This document shows, in pieces, positions 18,248-28,844 of a DNA stretch of 64,000 nt. Under the pieces are notes generated by a model. The model made no database searches. It was given only the letters and a program-made list of their open reading frames with translations, and was not told the DNA's origin. Position 1 is the stretch's first letter. Every line of letters starts with the position of its first letter. The stretch is taken from positions 11,550 through 75,549 of the forward strand of contig CAVPWE010000006.1 of assembly GCA_963709485.1 (NCBI GenBank), given 5' to 3'. The position numbers were made by a program, and so were the translations under genes. The DNA is from an uncultured delta proteobacterium (GTDB lineage: Bacteria; Desulfobacterota; Syntrophia; Syntrophales; Fen-1087).

Positions 18248-19570
18248 CTATTTTTTCGGGTCATTTTTCATTGCGGGCGGCTGACCGGTCGATTCGAGAA
18301 CGCGCATCCAGACATTTCCCTCCGTACTGACCTTGGACCCGGAGGCCACCATCTTCAGGGGCAGGTGGACGTACTCGTCCTTCATGAGCCCCACGAGCAT
18401 CCCCGTCTTGCCGGCCATCCCCGCGTGAACGGCATACTGGCCCAGCGCGCCACAGTAGATGCTGTCACCGGCATTGGCCGGAACGCTGCGGATCATGTAG
18501 CTCGGGTCGATGTATTTCAGGTTGATGTCGAGACCCTTCCGATGAAAGTGATCCTCGATCCGCGTTTTCAGAAACTGTCCGATGTCCAGGAGCCTGAGGT
18601 TGCCCGATGCATCCGTTTCCAGCGGCCCGTCGGCCCGGTGCATCAGTTCCTGGCCGGCCCCCTCAGCGACAAGGATCACGCAGTGTTTCCGGGCGTGAAG
18701 ACGGTCTTCCAGGACTTTGAGAAACCCCTTTTCTCCTTCGAGGTCGAAGGAAACCTCCGGAATCAGGACAAAGTTGACATCGCTCATGGCCAGTGCCGCG
18801 CCCGTCGCGATATGCCCGGACTGGCGCCCCATGATCTTTACCAGCCCGATGCCCATGGGCACACCCTTTGCTTCCACGTGAGCGCATTTGATGGCCTTCA
18901 CCGCCTCGGAAATCGCCGTGTCGTACCCGAAGGTTTTCTGGATCAGATTCAGATCGTTGTCGATGGTTTTCGGAATGCCGATGATGCCGATGTTCAGGCT
19001 TCTGCGGGTCACCTCATCGGTGATGCATTCCGCGGCGCGCATGGTGCCGTCTCCGCCGATGCAGAACAGGATGTCGATGTTCATCCGTTTGAGGGCATTG
19101 ACCATTTCGCCGATGTCCTGCCTGCCGCGGGATGAGGAAAGGATGCTGCCTCCCACGGCATGGATGTCCTTGACGATTTCCGGCGACAACTCCATGACGT
19201 CGTGCCTGTATCCTGGAATCAGGCCCTGAAAACCGTACTTGATCCCCAGGATGTTATCCACGCCGTAGCGGTAATACAGTTCCATGACCACGGCACGGAT
19301 CACGTCGTTGATGCCGGGGCAGAGGCCGCCGCAGGTCACAACGGCCGCCTTGGTCTTGGCCGGATCGAAAAAGATCCTCTGCCGCGGGCCGGCCACTTCG
19401 ACGGAAAGGGGGACGCCGTTCGCAGCCTTCAGATCGGCATAGTGCTGGATTTCAATATTGAAGAGGATCCGCTTGCTGTCGTCGGTGAAATACTGGACGT
19501 TCAGCGGGGAATCGATGGTGCCTTCGCCCAGATTCTGGATGGTGAAATCATAAGGGCTGTCTTGTTTCAT
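18248..19570 (-). CDS. pfkA: 6-phosphofructokinase (ATP-dependent, GGDG/PKTIDND type)
   Basis: TCGGLCPG, IGGDGT, PKTIDND, MGRQSG, VAEGAG, DPSYMIRS. Confidence 0.9.
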   Translation of the reverse strand: MKQDSPYDFTIQNLGEGTIDSPLNVQYFTDDSKRILFNIEIQHYADLKAANGVPLSVEVAGPRQRIFFDPAKTKAAVVTCGGLCPGINDVIRAVVMELYYRYGVDNILGIKYGFQGLIPGYRHDVMELSPEIVKDIHAVGGSILSSSRGRQDIGEMVNALKRMNIDILFCIGGDGTMRAAECITDEVTRRSLNIGIIGIPKTIDNDLNLIQKTFGYDTAISEAVKAIKCAHVEAKGVPMGIGLVKIMGRQSGHIATGAALAMSDVNFVLIPEVSFDLEGEKGFLKVLEDRLHARKHCVILVAEGAGQELMHRADGPLETDASGNLRLLDIGQFLKTRIEDHFHRKGLDINLKYIDPSYMIRSVPANAGDSIYCGALGQYAVHAGMAGKTGMLVGLMKDEYVHLPLKMVASGSKVSTEGNVWMRVLESTGQPPAMKNDPKK

Positions 19571-19619
19571 GATCGGACTCCTTCCCGGCGGTCTGGTCCA
19601 GGATTGCACATGCACATCG

Positions 19620-20285
19620 CTAAAAACCGGACAGGGGGGGGTTGTGGGCGGCGAACTCCGGCATCTTCGGTCCGCTTTTGATCGTGACCTTCCGGCCGCT
19701 GACCTGGATCCTGCCCTCCGCGTAGAACTGAATGGCCTGTGGGTAAATCCGGTGTTCCTCCTTCAGGATTCGAGCCGCCAGCGTATCCGCCGTGTCGCCG
19801 GCCAGAACGGGCACGACCGCCTGAATGATCACGGGACCGGTGTCGATGCCCTCATCTGCAAAATGGACCGTGCACCCCGAAAATTTCACGCCGTAGTCGA
19901 TGGCCTTCTGCTGGACGTGCGTTCCCGGAAAAGCGGGAAGCAGCGCCGGGTGGATATTCATGATCTTCATGGAAAACGCGTTGAGGAACAGGGGGGTCAG
20001 CACTCTCATGAAACCGGCCATCACGACCAGTTCCACTTCATGAAACTGGAGCACGTTGATCATCTGCCGGTCGAAGTCTTCCCGCTTCTCGAACTCCTGA
20101 TGCCGGATGACGACGGCCGGGATGTGGTGCTTCCTGCAGCGCTCGAGGGCGTAGGCCTCCGGATTGTTGCTGACGACGACTTTGATCTCTGCGGCGAGAT
20201 CGCCCTGCTCGATGCGGTCGATGATGGACTGGAGATTCGATCCGCTTCCCGATACCAGTATGCCGATGCGTAACCTGGATTTCAT
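19620..20285 (-). CDS. purN: Phosphoribosylglycinamide formyltransferase
   Basis: SGSGSNLQ, NIHPALLPAFPG, GCTVHF, DTGP. Confidence 0.96.
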   Translation of the reverse strand: MKSRLRIGILVSGSGSNLQSIIDRIEQGDLAAEIKVVVSNNPEAYALERCRKHHIPAVVIRHQEFEKREDFDRQMINVLQFHEVELVVMAGFMRVLTPLFLNAFSMKIMNIHPALLPAFPGTHVQQKAIDYGVKFSGCTVHFADEGIDTGPVIIQAVVPVLAGDTADTLAARILKEEHRIYPQAIQFYAEGRIQVSGRKVTIKSGPKMPEFAAHNPPLSGF

Positions 20286-20288
20286 TGG

Positions 20289-21332
20289 CTAAATGAAGCA
20301 GATCCGCGGCTGCTCGGGGGTTCTTTTTTCGATCGTGCCCAGAAGGTATGGTTTTTCACCGAGCATGCCCAGCCTTTCCATGGCGTCGGCCGCTTCCTTC
20401 TCCGGCACGATGATGATCATCCCGATTCCCATATTGAAAACCCTCAGCATCTCCGCATCCTCGACATTTCCCATTTCCTGGATGATCTTGAAGATCGGCG
20501 GGACGGGCCAGCCCGTCCGCGCGATAACGGCGGCGCAGGGGGAGGGGACGATACGGGGGATATTGTCGATGAATCCGCCGCCCGTGATGTGGACCAGTCC
20601 CTTGACCGTGAAATTTTTCAGGAGATTCAGCATGGACTTGACGTAGATCTTCGTGGGCGTGAGGAGCTCCTCGCCGACAGGACGTTCAAGTCCCGCAAGA
20701 ACATCCCCGGCATGGAGTCCGCCCTTTTCGAAAAGGACCTTTCTGGCCAGGGAAAACCCGTTGCTGTGAACGCCGCTGGAGGCCAAGCCGATGATCCGGT
20801 CTCCAACCCGTATCGCGGAACCGTCGATCAGCCGTTCCTGCTCCACAACCCCGACGCAGAAACCGGCCAGATCATATTCATCGTCCGCATAAAAACCGGG
20901 CATTTCCGCCGTTTCCCCTCCGATCAGCGCGCACCCGGCCTCCCGGCACCCCCGGGCAATGCCTTCAACAATCTGTACGGACTTCTCCATGCCGATTTTT
21001 CCGGTGGCGATGTAGTCCAGGAAGAACAGCGGTTCGGCGCCCTGAACGACGACGTCGTTGACCGACATCGCCACCAGGTCGATTCCCACGGTATCGTGAC
21101 GATCCATCATCTGGGCGATTTTCAGCTTTGTCCCAACGCCGTCCGTCGATGAAACCAACACCGGATTCCTGTACTTTTCCGTGTCCAGCCTGAAAAGGGC
21201 GCCAAAGCCGCCGATCCCGCTCATGACCTCCTTGCGGGCCGTCATTTTTACGAGGGGCCTGATTTTTTCGACAAATCGGTTTGCCTTGTCGATATCGACG
21301 CCGGCGCTTTTGTAGGAAGCTTGTTCGTCCAT
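20289..21332 (-). CDS. purM: AIR synthetase
   Basis: YKSAGVDI, TDGVGTK, GGETAEMPG, HSNGFSL, HITGGG, FNMGIG. Confidence 0.96.
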   Translation of the reverse strand: MDEQASYKSAGVDIDKANRFVEKIRPLVKMTARKEVMSGIGGFGALFRLDTEKYRNPVLVSSTDGVGTKLKIAQMMDRHDTVGIDLVAMSVNDVVVQGAEPLFFLDYIATGKIGMEKSVQIVEGIARGCREAGCALIGGETAEMPGFYADDEYDLAGFCVGVVEQERLIDGSAIRVGDRIIGLASSGVHSNGFSLARKVLFEKGGLHAGDVLAGLERPVGEELLTPTKIYVKSMLNLLKNFTVKGLVHITGGGFIDNIPRIVPSPCAAVIARTGWPVPPIFKIIQEMGNVEDAEMLRVFNMGIGMIIIVPEKEAADAMERLGMLGEKPYLLGTIEKRTPEQPRICFI

Positions 21333-21498
21333 GATCACTCCAGAGATGATGCGGTATGCGGCACGATTTTGAACGTTTGACCTGCGTAACGCAGACCGCT
21401 GCAAATGTCAAATCTTTCCTTGCGAAAAGCATCAATCTCTGGTAATTTTCAACCAGCTTTGTATTTGAAATCATTATGATTATATTTTTGGAGCCCTT

Positions 21499-23970
21499 TT
21501 GGAACGACTCAGAGACCTGCTTGGAAAGATTGAACAGCCGCTCCTCTTCTCATCCCGGGATGACTACCGGCACCTCTCCCTTGTCCGGGACCTCGAAGGG
21601 ACCATACTGACGCTCTTGGGCAGACTGGCCAGCCATGTCAGCGCCTCCTCCATCGATGCCGGGATGTCCGCTGCGGTCCGTCAAATCGCCGGCAGCCTGC
21701 AGGACCTCTTCACGAATTTCGACGCACTTTCACTCGCGGGGAAACAAGAAGTCCTTCAAAAATCGATCGATCTGCTGAAGGAGCTCAAAGTTTTGACATC
21801 TCCCGAACAGGCCCGTGAAGACGCCCTGGACCGTCGCAAGGGGGGGATTCAGGAGGACATCGAGAAGTCCTTCGCAAGGCTGGCCCTGAGCGTTCAGTTC
21901 ATCAAAGGGGTGGGGCCGAAAATCGCGGAGCTGTTCTCCAGAAAGAACATTCGCACCGTAGAGGACATGTTCTACTTTCTGCCGCGGCGCTATGAAGACC
22001 GGCGGTCGGTCAAAAAGATCGGGCAGGCCCGATACGGGATCAGGGAGACGGTTGTCGGCACGGTTGTTCGCGCCGATCTCCGGCATTACCGGACCCGAAG
22101 GATTTTTGAGGTTGCAGTCGAGGACGAGACCGGAACGATGAAGGCCAAATGGTTCATGGGAAACCCGGCTTATCTCAAGAATGTCTTCAGGAAAGGGGCC
22201 CTCGTGATCCTGACGGGCGATGTGCGGTCCTTTAACCTGGGCCGGGAGATGATGCACCCCGACTATGAGATCCTGGATGAGCAGGAGGATGACCGTCTGC
22301 TTCATTTCAAGAGGATCGTCCCCATCTACTCCGAAACAGAGGGACTGCATCAGAAAACGATCCGTCGGATCACAATGCGGGTCCTCGAAGATTATACCCG
22401 CTATGTCTCGAGCCCCATTCCCGAATCCATCCGCGAGAAGCGCCGCCTGATTCACATTCATGACGCGCTCAGAAGCGCCCATTTCCCCGAGGTGGACGCG
22501 GATGTCCAGGCCTGCAACGAGATCCGTTCCGAGGCGCACAGCCGCCTCATCTACGACGAGTTTTTCTTCCTACAACTGGGGATGGCCCTGAAAAAAAGGG
22601 GGCATCTGCTGGACAGCGGAATCGCCTTCCGGACCGGCGGCCCGCCCCTCCAGCAGTTCTATGGACTGCTGCCCTTCGACCTCACCGGCGCGCAGAAGCG
22701 CGTCATCGCTGAAATCGAAGCCGACATGGCCAGGCCCACCATGATGAACCGCCTCCTTCAGGGGGATGTTGGGTCCGGAAAAACCGTCGTCTCCATGGCC
22801 GCCATGATCACCGCCTGCGACAACGGCTGCCAGGCCGCGATCATGGCCCCCACGGAAATCCTGGCAGAACAGCACTACCGGAACATCGGGAACTGGTCCA
22901 GGCAACTGGGGCTGAAAGCGGTGCTGCTGACGGGAAGCAAGAAGAAGGCGGAGCGCAGGAGCATTTGCGAGGGCATCGCCTGCGGCGATACCGGGATCAT
23001 CATCGGCACCCATGCACTGATTCAGGAAGAGGTGAATTTCCGGAACCTGGGGCTCGTCATCGTCGACGAGCAGCACCGGTTCGGCGTCATCCAGCGGGCC
23101 ACGCTGCGGGCCAAAGGCATGAATCCCGATGTCCTGGTCATGACCGCGACACCCATTCCCCGCACCCTGGCCATGACGGTCTATGGCGACCTCGACATTT
23201 CCGTCATCGACGAGCTGCCGCCGCAAAAACTGCCGGTGAAAACAAAGATTTTTTATGAGTCCCAACGCCCGCAGGTTTACGAGGCGATCCGCAAGGAGCT
23301 GAAAAAGAATCATCAGGCATTCATCGTTTACCCGCTCGTCGAGGAATCGGAGGCCCTGGACCTGAAGGACGCCAGCCGCATGGCGGAGCACCTGGGAAAG
23401 GATATCTTCCCCGATCGCCGGGTCGGCCTGATCCACGGCCGCCTGAATGCGAAGGACAAGGATGAGATCATGGCCGGGTTTCTCGAGAAGCGCATCGATA
23501 TCCTCGTTGCCACCACCGTGATCGAAGTGGGAATCGACATCCCGCAGGCCTCGCTCATGGTCATCGAGCACGCCGAACGGTTCGGCCTGTCCCAGCTCCA
23601 CCAGCTTCGGGGGCGCGTCGGCCGGACCGACATTCCCTCCTACTGCATCCTGCTGGCGCAGCACCGCGGATCGGAGGACGCGCGAAAGCGTCTCCGGGTC
23701 ATGGAGCAGACCACGGACGGCTTCAAGATTGCCGAGGAAGATCTCGCGATCCGCGGCCCCGGTGAGTTTATCGGTGTCCGCCAGTCGGGGCTCCCCGACT
23801 TCCGGGTGGCCAACATCGTCCGTGACGGATTGATCCTCAACGAAGCCAAAGTGGACGCCTTCGCCCTGACAGATAAAGACCCCTTCCTGGAAAAGCCGGA
23901 GCATGCCGCGCTCAAGGCCGTTCTCCTGCACAAGTGGCAGGGCAGGCTCGAGTTGGCAAAGACAGGGTAG
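21499..23970 (+). CDS. recG: ATP-dependent DNA helicase RecG (with N-terminal extension)
   Basis: QGDVGSGKT, DEQHRFG, TATPIPR, LHQLRGRVGR, TDGFKIAEEDL. Confidence 0.95.
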   Translation: MERLRDLLGKIEQPLLFSSRDDYRHLSLVRDLEGTILTLLGRLASHVSASSIDAGMSAAVRQIAGSLQDLFTNFDALSLAGKQEVLQKSIDLLKELKVLTSPEQAREDALDRRKGGIQEDIEKSFARLALSVQFIKGVGPKIAELFSRKNIRTVEDMFYFLPRRYEDRRSVKKIGQARYGIRETVVGTVVRADLRHYRTRRIFEVAVEDETGTMKAKWFMGNPAYLKNVFRKGALVILTGDVRSFNLGREMMHPDYEILDEQEDDRLLHFKRIVPIYSETEGLHQKTIRRITMRVLEDYTRYVSSPIPESIREKRRLIHIHDALRSAHFPEVDADVQACNEIRSEAHSRLIYDEFFFLQLGMALKKRGHLLDSGIAFRTGGPPLQQFYGLLPFDLTGAQKRVIAEIEADMARPTMMNRLLQGDVGSGKTVVSMAAMITACDNGCQAAIMAPTEILAEQHYRNIGNWSRQLGLKAVLLTGSKKKAERRSICEGIACGDTGIIIGTHALIQEEVNFRNLGLVIVDEQHRFGVIQRATLRAKGMNPDVLVMTATPIPRTLAMTVYGDLDISVIDELPPQKLPVKTKIFYESQRPQVYEAIRKELKKNHQAFIVYPLVEESEALDLKDASRMAEHLGKDIFPDRRVGLIHGRLNAKDKDEIMAGFLEKRIDILVATTVIEVGIDIPQASLMVIEHAERFGLSQLHQLRGRVGRTDIPSYCILLAQHRGSEDARKRLRVMEQTTDGFKIAEEDLAIRGPGEFIGVRQSGLPDFRVANIVRDGLILNEAKVDAFALTDKDPFLEKPEHAALKAVLLHKWQGRLELAKTG

Positions 23971-24136
23971 CGCGAAATTGAAACCAAATCCTTTGCCGTT
24001 CTCTCATCCTTGAAATCTCGAACTTTGCGCTTGATATTTCAGGGAAGGTATTTCATGCAGACAAACGCGGCAATCGGGCTTTGATTGACAACGGAGATCG
24101 ATTGAAGGTAATGATGCGCACTTGAGAAATGCCGGT

Positions 24137-24748
24137 ATGAACAGAATCCTCATCATATTCGCCCATCCCCGCTTTGAAAAATCCCGGGCCAGCCGCGCGC
24201 TGCTTCGGGACATCGGGCAGTTGCCGGAGGTCACGCTGAACGACCTGTACGAAAAGTACGCCGACTTCAACATCGACATCGATGCGGAAAAGGCGCTGAT
24301 GGCAGCCCATGAGATCATCATCTGGCACCACCCCTTCTACATGTACGGGGCGCCGGCCCTCCTCAAGCAGTGGATCGACCTGGTGCTCGAATACGGCTGG
24401 GCCCACGGCAGGGGAGGGGAGGCCTTGAAAGGCAGGATCATCTTCACGGCGCTGACGTCCGGCGGCACCCGAGAGGCCTATGCGGTGAACGGATACAACC
24501 GTTTCACCATTGCCGAATTCCTCCGCCCCTTCGAGCAGACGGCCGTGCGCTGCAAAATGACCTACCTGCCGCCCTTCGCGGTGCAGGGCACGCACCTGCT
24601 GACGGAAGAAGAACTGGCCCGCCATGCCACACAATACCGCATGCTGATGGAGAGGCTGATCCGGGGGGATTTCAGTCTCGAATCCATGATGCGATTTCCC
24701 TTTCTGAACGACTGGCTTGCGCACGAAGGGGGGGTACAGGAATTATGA
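24137..24748 (+). CDS. kefF: KefF/KefG-like NAD(P)H oxidoreductase (flavodoxin fold)
   Basis: FAHP, PALLKQWID, GWAHG; overlaps the kef antiporter gene. Confidence 0.85.
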   Translation: MNRILIIFAHPRFEKSRASRALLRDIGQLPEVTLNDLYEKYADFNIDIDAEKALMAAHEIIIWHHPFYMYGAPALLKQWIDLVLEYGWAHGRGGEALKGRIIFTALTSGGTREAYAVNGYNRFTIAEFLRPFEQTAVRCKMTYLPPFAVQGTHLLTEEELARHATQYRMLMERLIRGDFSLESMMRFPFLNDWLAHEGGVQEL

Positions 24749-26658
24749 ACCACGGATTCCTGCAGGACGCCCTCATTTATCTGGCGGCGGCGATCGTTTT
24801 CGTTCCCATCGCAAAAAGGCTCGGTCTGGGGTCTGTCCTGGGGTATCTGATCGGCGGCATCCTGATCGGCCCCTTCTTTCTCGGCTTCGTCGGCGGCGAG
24901 GGAAAGGACATCATGCATTTCGCCGAATTCGGCGTGGTCATGATGCTCTTCCTCATCGGCCTGGAGCTGGAACCGGCCCATTTCTGGCGGATGCGCCATC
25001 TCATCGTCGGGACGGGTTCGCTGCAGCTCGGGCTGACGACGCTGCTCTTCTTCGCGATTTTTCTCACGATCGGTTTCACCTGGCAGGCATCGCTGGCCGT
25101 CGGGCTGGCGCTCTCCATGTCCTCAACGGCGATCGTCCTGCAGACCCTGCGGGAAAAAGGGCTGGAGCAGACCCAATCCGGGCAAAGCTCCTTTGCCGTC
25201 CTTCTTTTCCAGGACATTGCCGTCATCCCCATTCTGGCGGTGCTGCCTCTCCTCGCGCTTGCCTCGGCGCAGGCGCCTTCCGGAGAGCAGGCCACATTCA
25301 TTCAGGGGCTGCCCGGCTGGGCGCAGACGATCGCCCTGCTCGGCGCCGTCGGGCTGGTGATTCTCAGCGGACGATTCGTCATCGTACCCTTCCTTCGATT
25401 CATCGCCCGCGTCCGGCTTCAGGAACTGTTCACGGCTTCCGCCCTCTTCATCGTGATGGCGACGGCCTATGTCATGGTTCTAGTGGGGCTCAGCCCCGCC
25501 CTCGGGACGTTTCTTGCCGGCGTCGTCCTGGCCAACAGCGAATACCGGCACGAGCTGGAAAGCGACATCGAACCCTTCAAGGGGATCCTCCTCGGCCTGT
25601 TCTTCATCACCGTCGGGGCCTCGATCAACTTCAACCTGATCCTCCACAACCCCCTGCAGATCACGGCCCTCGTGCTCGGGGCGGTCCTCGCCAAATCCGT
25701 CGTGCTGGCGCTGACGGGCAGGGTGAGCCGGCTGACCTTCGATCAGAACGTCCTGTTCACGCTGGGGCTGAGCCAGGTCGGGGAATTCGCGTTCGTTCTC
25801 TTCTCCTTCATGCACCAGCTCCATATCCTGTCCGCCGAGTGGACGGACAAGATGATGGGCGTCACCGCCATCAGCATGACCGTCACGCCCCTGCTCCTGC
25901 TCGTCAACGAGCGGTTCATCCTCCCCCGCTTCGGCACGCTTGAAAAGGTGGAAAGGGAGGCCGATGCCATCGACCGGCAGCACCCCGTCATCATTGCCGG
26001 CTTCGGGCATTTCGGCGGTGTGGTGGCCCGGTTCCTGCGGGTGAACGGGATCAAGGCAACGATTCTCGACAACGATTCCGACCGCGTGGAACTCCTGAGA
26101 AAAATGGGGTTCAAGGTCTTCTACGGCGACGCCACGCGGATCGACATCCTCAAATCCGCCGGCGCCGACCAGGCCCGGCTCCTGATCGCGGCCATCGGGT
26201 CTCCGGATATCAACTACGATCTGGTGGGAAAAACCCAAAAGCTTTTCCCCAACCTCACCATCATGGTCCGCGCCGCCAACCGCCAGGACGCCTATGGCTA
26301 CATCGACGCGGGGATTCGAGACATCTACCGGGAATCCCTCGACACCGCCGTAAGGCTCGGAATCGACGTGCTTGTAAAACTCGGCTACCGGCGATACACG
26401 GCAACCCGCGCTGGCCAGAACTTCATCCGTTACGACGAAGCGGCGTTGCACAAGCTGGCCGGTCACCGCCATGACGAAAGCGCTTACATTTCCCAGTCCC
26501 GGGAGCAGATCCGGATGCAGGAGCAGTTGCTGGCGAGCGACCGCGAGATCAACCCGACCGTGAACGACCATGCCTGGGACAGCGACATGTTTATCGACAA
26601 GTTCAAGGACGACGTCGAGACGGGAGAAAGCAAGGCGGGCTCCTCCCGGAAGTCATAG
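24745..26658 (+). CDS. kefC: KefB/KefC-type CPA2 potassium efflux antiporter with KTN domain
   Basis: LGLGSVLGYL, FAEFGVV, LLFQD, HELESDIEPFKG, AGFGHFG, YGDATR. Confidence 0.88.
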   Translation: MNHGFLQDALIYLAAAIVFVPIAKRLGLGSVLGYLIGGILIGPFFLGFVGGEGKDIMHFAEFGVVMMLFLIGLELEPAHFWRMRHLIVGTGSLQLGLTTLLFFAIFLTIGFTWQASLAVGLALSMSSTAIVLQTLREKGLEQTQSGQSSFAVLLFQDIAVIPILAVLPLLALASAQAPSGEQATFIQGLPGWAQTIALLGAVGLVILSGRFVIVPFLRFIARVRLQELFTASALFIVMATAYVMVLVGLSPALGTFLAGVVLANSEYRHELESDIEPFKGILLGLFFITVGASINFNLILHNPLQITALVLGAVLAKSVVLALTGRVSRLTFDQNVLFTLGLSQVGEFAFVLFSFMHQLHILSAEWTDKMMGVTAISMTVTPLLLLVNERFILPRFGTLEKVEREADAIDRQHPVIIAGFGHFGGVVARFLRVNGIKATILDNDSDRVELLRKMGFKVFYGDATRIDILKSAGADQARLLIAAIGSPDINYDLVGKTQKLFPNLTIMVRAANRQDAYGYIDAGIRDIYRESLDTAVRLGIDVLVKLGYRRYTATRAGQNFIRYDEAALHKLAGHRHDESAYISQSREQIRMQEQLLASDREINPTVNDHAWDSDMFIDKFKDDVETGESKAGSSRKS

Positions 26659-26734
26659 CCCATCATGCATGACGATGGGCTGACGGCAGCGCGCCCGTCC
26701 GGATGACTTGCAGGCGCCGCAACAGGGAAAACAA

Positions 26735-27271
26735 ATGGATTTCATTCCCGACGACCTGGTCAAAAAGTGCATTCAGCTGGTTCATTTCACGCACGGAAAA
26801 ATCGGGACCCGAACGCTGCCCGCCAAGGTAGCCTTTTCCAGCCCGAACAACATGGTGGCCCTGGCAGCCATGGAGCGGATGACAGCGGTCCTGAAGCGGG
26901 CCCGGCTTTACGCGAAAGCGGCGCTGGTCCTGCGCACCGCCCTGCTGGCGGTTCCCGTTCTCGCCTGGTTTTATCACAACTACTGGATCCTGGCCGGCAT
27001 TGTCGTCATCGTCGGCATCGAGAGGTCCATGATCCGGCAGGAGAGGGAGGACTGGATGTTCCTCTCATCGGTGCTTCTGAGCCTGGAGATGCTGATTCAT
27101 GATTTCGCCGGCTGGGGCAGGGCATACCCGGAAGCGCGCAAAAAGGCGTCCGAAATCCTGGGCAGGAAAATCATCTGGCTGGAATACTACCTGCCGCGCC
27201 GCCATCAACTGGACCCTGCCAAATTGAAGGAGTTCGGGCCGAAGCAGCCTGCCAAAGCCAACGTTCCATAG
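26735..27271 (+). CDS. Hypothetical membrane protein
   Basis: 178-aa ORF filling the kefC-hom gap, with two adjacent hydrophobic segments. Confidence 0.6.
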   Translation: MDFIPDDLVKKCIQLVHFTHGKIGTRTLPAKVAFSSPNNMVALAAMERMTAVLKRARLYAKAALVLRTALLAVPVLAWFYHNYWILAGIVVIVGIERSMIRQEREDWMFLSSVLLSLEMLIHDFAGWGRAYPEARKKASEILGRKIIWLEYYLPRRHQLDPAKLKEFGPKQPAKANVP

Positions 27272-27527
27272 TTCCGCCGCCCACTCCATCCGGAGGCTCT
27301 CTTCACAAAGACAGAACTTCCGACCCCCTTTCGACCGCAATGAGGGATTTTTTCATGGCCTGACCGGATGCGCCTTTTACCGATCCCGTCATGGAAAAGG
27401 GCTCTTGCACTGATGCAATGCCGCCGTCAATTTGTTTGACAAAACCGCTGAACCTGATATAGAAGCGGGCGATATTTGACGGTTTCTTCCACACGACGAT
27501 GAGACATCCTTCGAGGAAAATCAGGAG

Positions 27528-28844
27528 ATGAAAAGAATCAACCTGGGCTTGATCGGTTTCGGCACCATCGGCAGCGGTGTGGTGAAACTCCTGCAGCAGA
27601 GCGGCGAACTGATCGAAAAACGGCTGGGCGCAAGGCTCGTGCTGAAAAGGATCGCCGACCTGGACATCACGACCCCGCGGGTCGTTCCCGTGAAAAAGAG
27701 CCTGCTCACCACCGATGCCCGGTCGATCCTGACCGATCCCGACATCCACATCGTCATCGAGCTGATGGGGGGCTACGAACCGGCCCGCTCCTTCATTCTC
27801 GAAGCCATGCGCCGCAAGAAGCACGTCGTCACCGCCAACAAGGCGCTGCTGGCCACCCACGGCAACGAGATCTTCAGGGTCGCGGAGAAGGAGGGGGTGG
27901 ACATCGGGTTCGAGGCCAGCGTGGGCGGGACGATCCCGGTGATCAAGACCCTCAAGGAATCGCTGGTGGCCAACCGGATCAAATCCATTTTCGGCATCCT
28001 GAACGGGACCTCGAACTACATCCTGTCGAAGATGACCGACGAGGGAAAGGCCTTCGACGTCGTTTTGAAGGAGGCCCAGGCGCTGGGCTTCGCCGAGGCC
28101 GACCCGACCTTCGACATCGAGGGGATGGACGCGGCCCACAAACTCGCCATCACCCTGTCGCTGGCCTACGGGAAAAAAGTGAATTTGGACGATCTCTACC
28201 GGGAAGGCATCTCGGGGATCAGCCAGCAGGATATCGAATTCGCGAAAGAGCTGGGCTACCGGATCAAGCTGTTGGCCATTGCCATCCGGCATGAAAACGC
28301 CGTGGAAGCCAGGCTGCATCCCACGATGATTCCCTTCGACCACCTGCTGGCCAGCGTGAACGGAAACTACAACGCCTTTCACATCACCGGCGACGCGGCG
28401 GATTCCGTCTTTCTCTACGGCCAGGGGGCCGGCATGATGCCCACGGCCAGCGCCGTGATGAGCGATATCGTGGACATTTCCCGGCAGCTCCTGAAGGGCG
28501 TGTCGGGATGCGTCCCCTCGCGCTCGCTTCGGGAGTCGATCATCGAGGACATTCAACTGATGCCCTTCGACGACATCGAAACCACCTATTATTTCCGTTT
28601 TTCCGCCGTGGACCAGCCGGGCGTGCTTTCCAGGATCTCGGGCATCCTCGGGAAATACAACATCAGCATCGCATCGGTGATCCAGAAAGGGCGGAAGCAG
28701 GGCGGCGGCGCCGTCCCGGTCGTCATGACCACCCACAAGGCTCGGGAGCGGAATGTCCGCAAGGCCTTGCGCGAGATCGACCGTCTGGACATCGTCCAGG
28801 GCAAGACCGTCCTGATCCGGATCGAGGACGAGGAACGCCGATGA
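27528..28844 (+). CDS. hom: Homoserine dehydrogenase with C-terminal ACT domain
   Basis: GFGTIG, VVTANKA, FEASVGG, NGTSNYIL, AEADPTFD, DQPGVLS. Confidence 0.96.
   Translation: MKRINLGLIGFGTIGSGVVKLLQQSGELIEKRLGARLVLKRIADLDITTPRVVPVKKSLLTTDARSILTDPDIHIVIELMGGYEPARSFILEAMRRKKHVVTANKALLATHGNEIFRVAEKEGVDIGFEASVGGTIPVIKTLKESLVANRIKSIFGILNGTSNYILSKMTDEGKAFDVVLKEAQALGFAEADPTFDIEGMDAAHKLAITLSLAYGKKVNLDDLYREGISGISQQDIEFAKELGYRIKLLAIAIRHENAVEARLHPTMIPFDHLLASVNGNYNAFHITGDAADSVFLYGQGAGMMPTASAVMSDIVDISRQLLKGVSGCVPSRSLRESIIEDIQLMPFDDIETTYYFRFSAVDQPGVLSRISGILGKYNISIASVIQKGRKQGGGAVPVVMTTHKARERNVRKALREIDRLDIVQGKTVLIRIEDEERR

Noticed and set aside
27499-27531. Short uORF MRHPSRKIRR before hom as a Thr/Ile attenuator
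   Set aside because: No regulatory codon run and no terminator.
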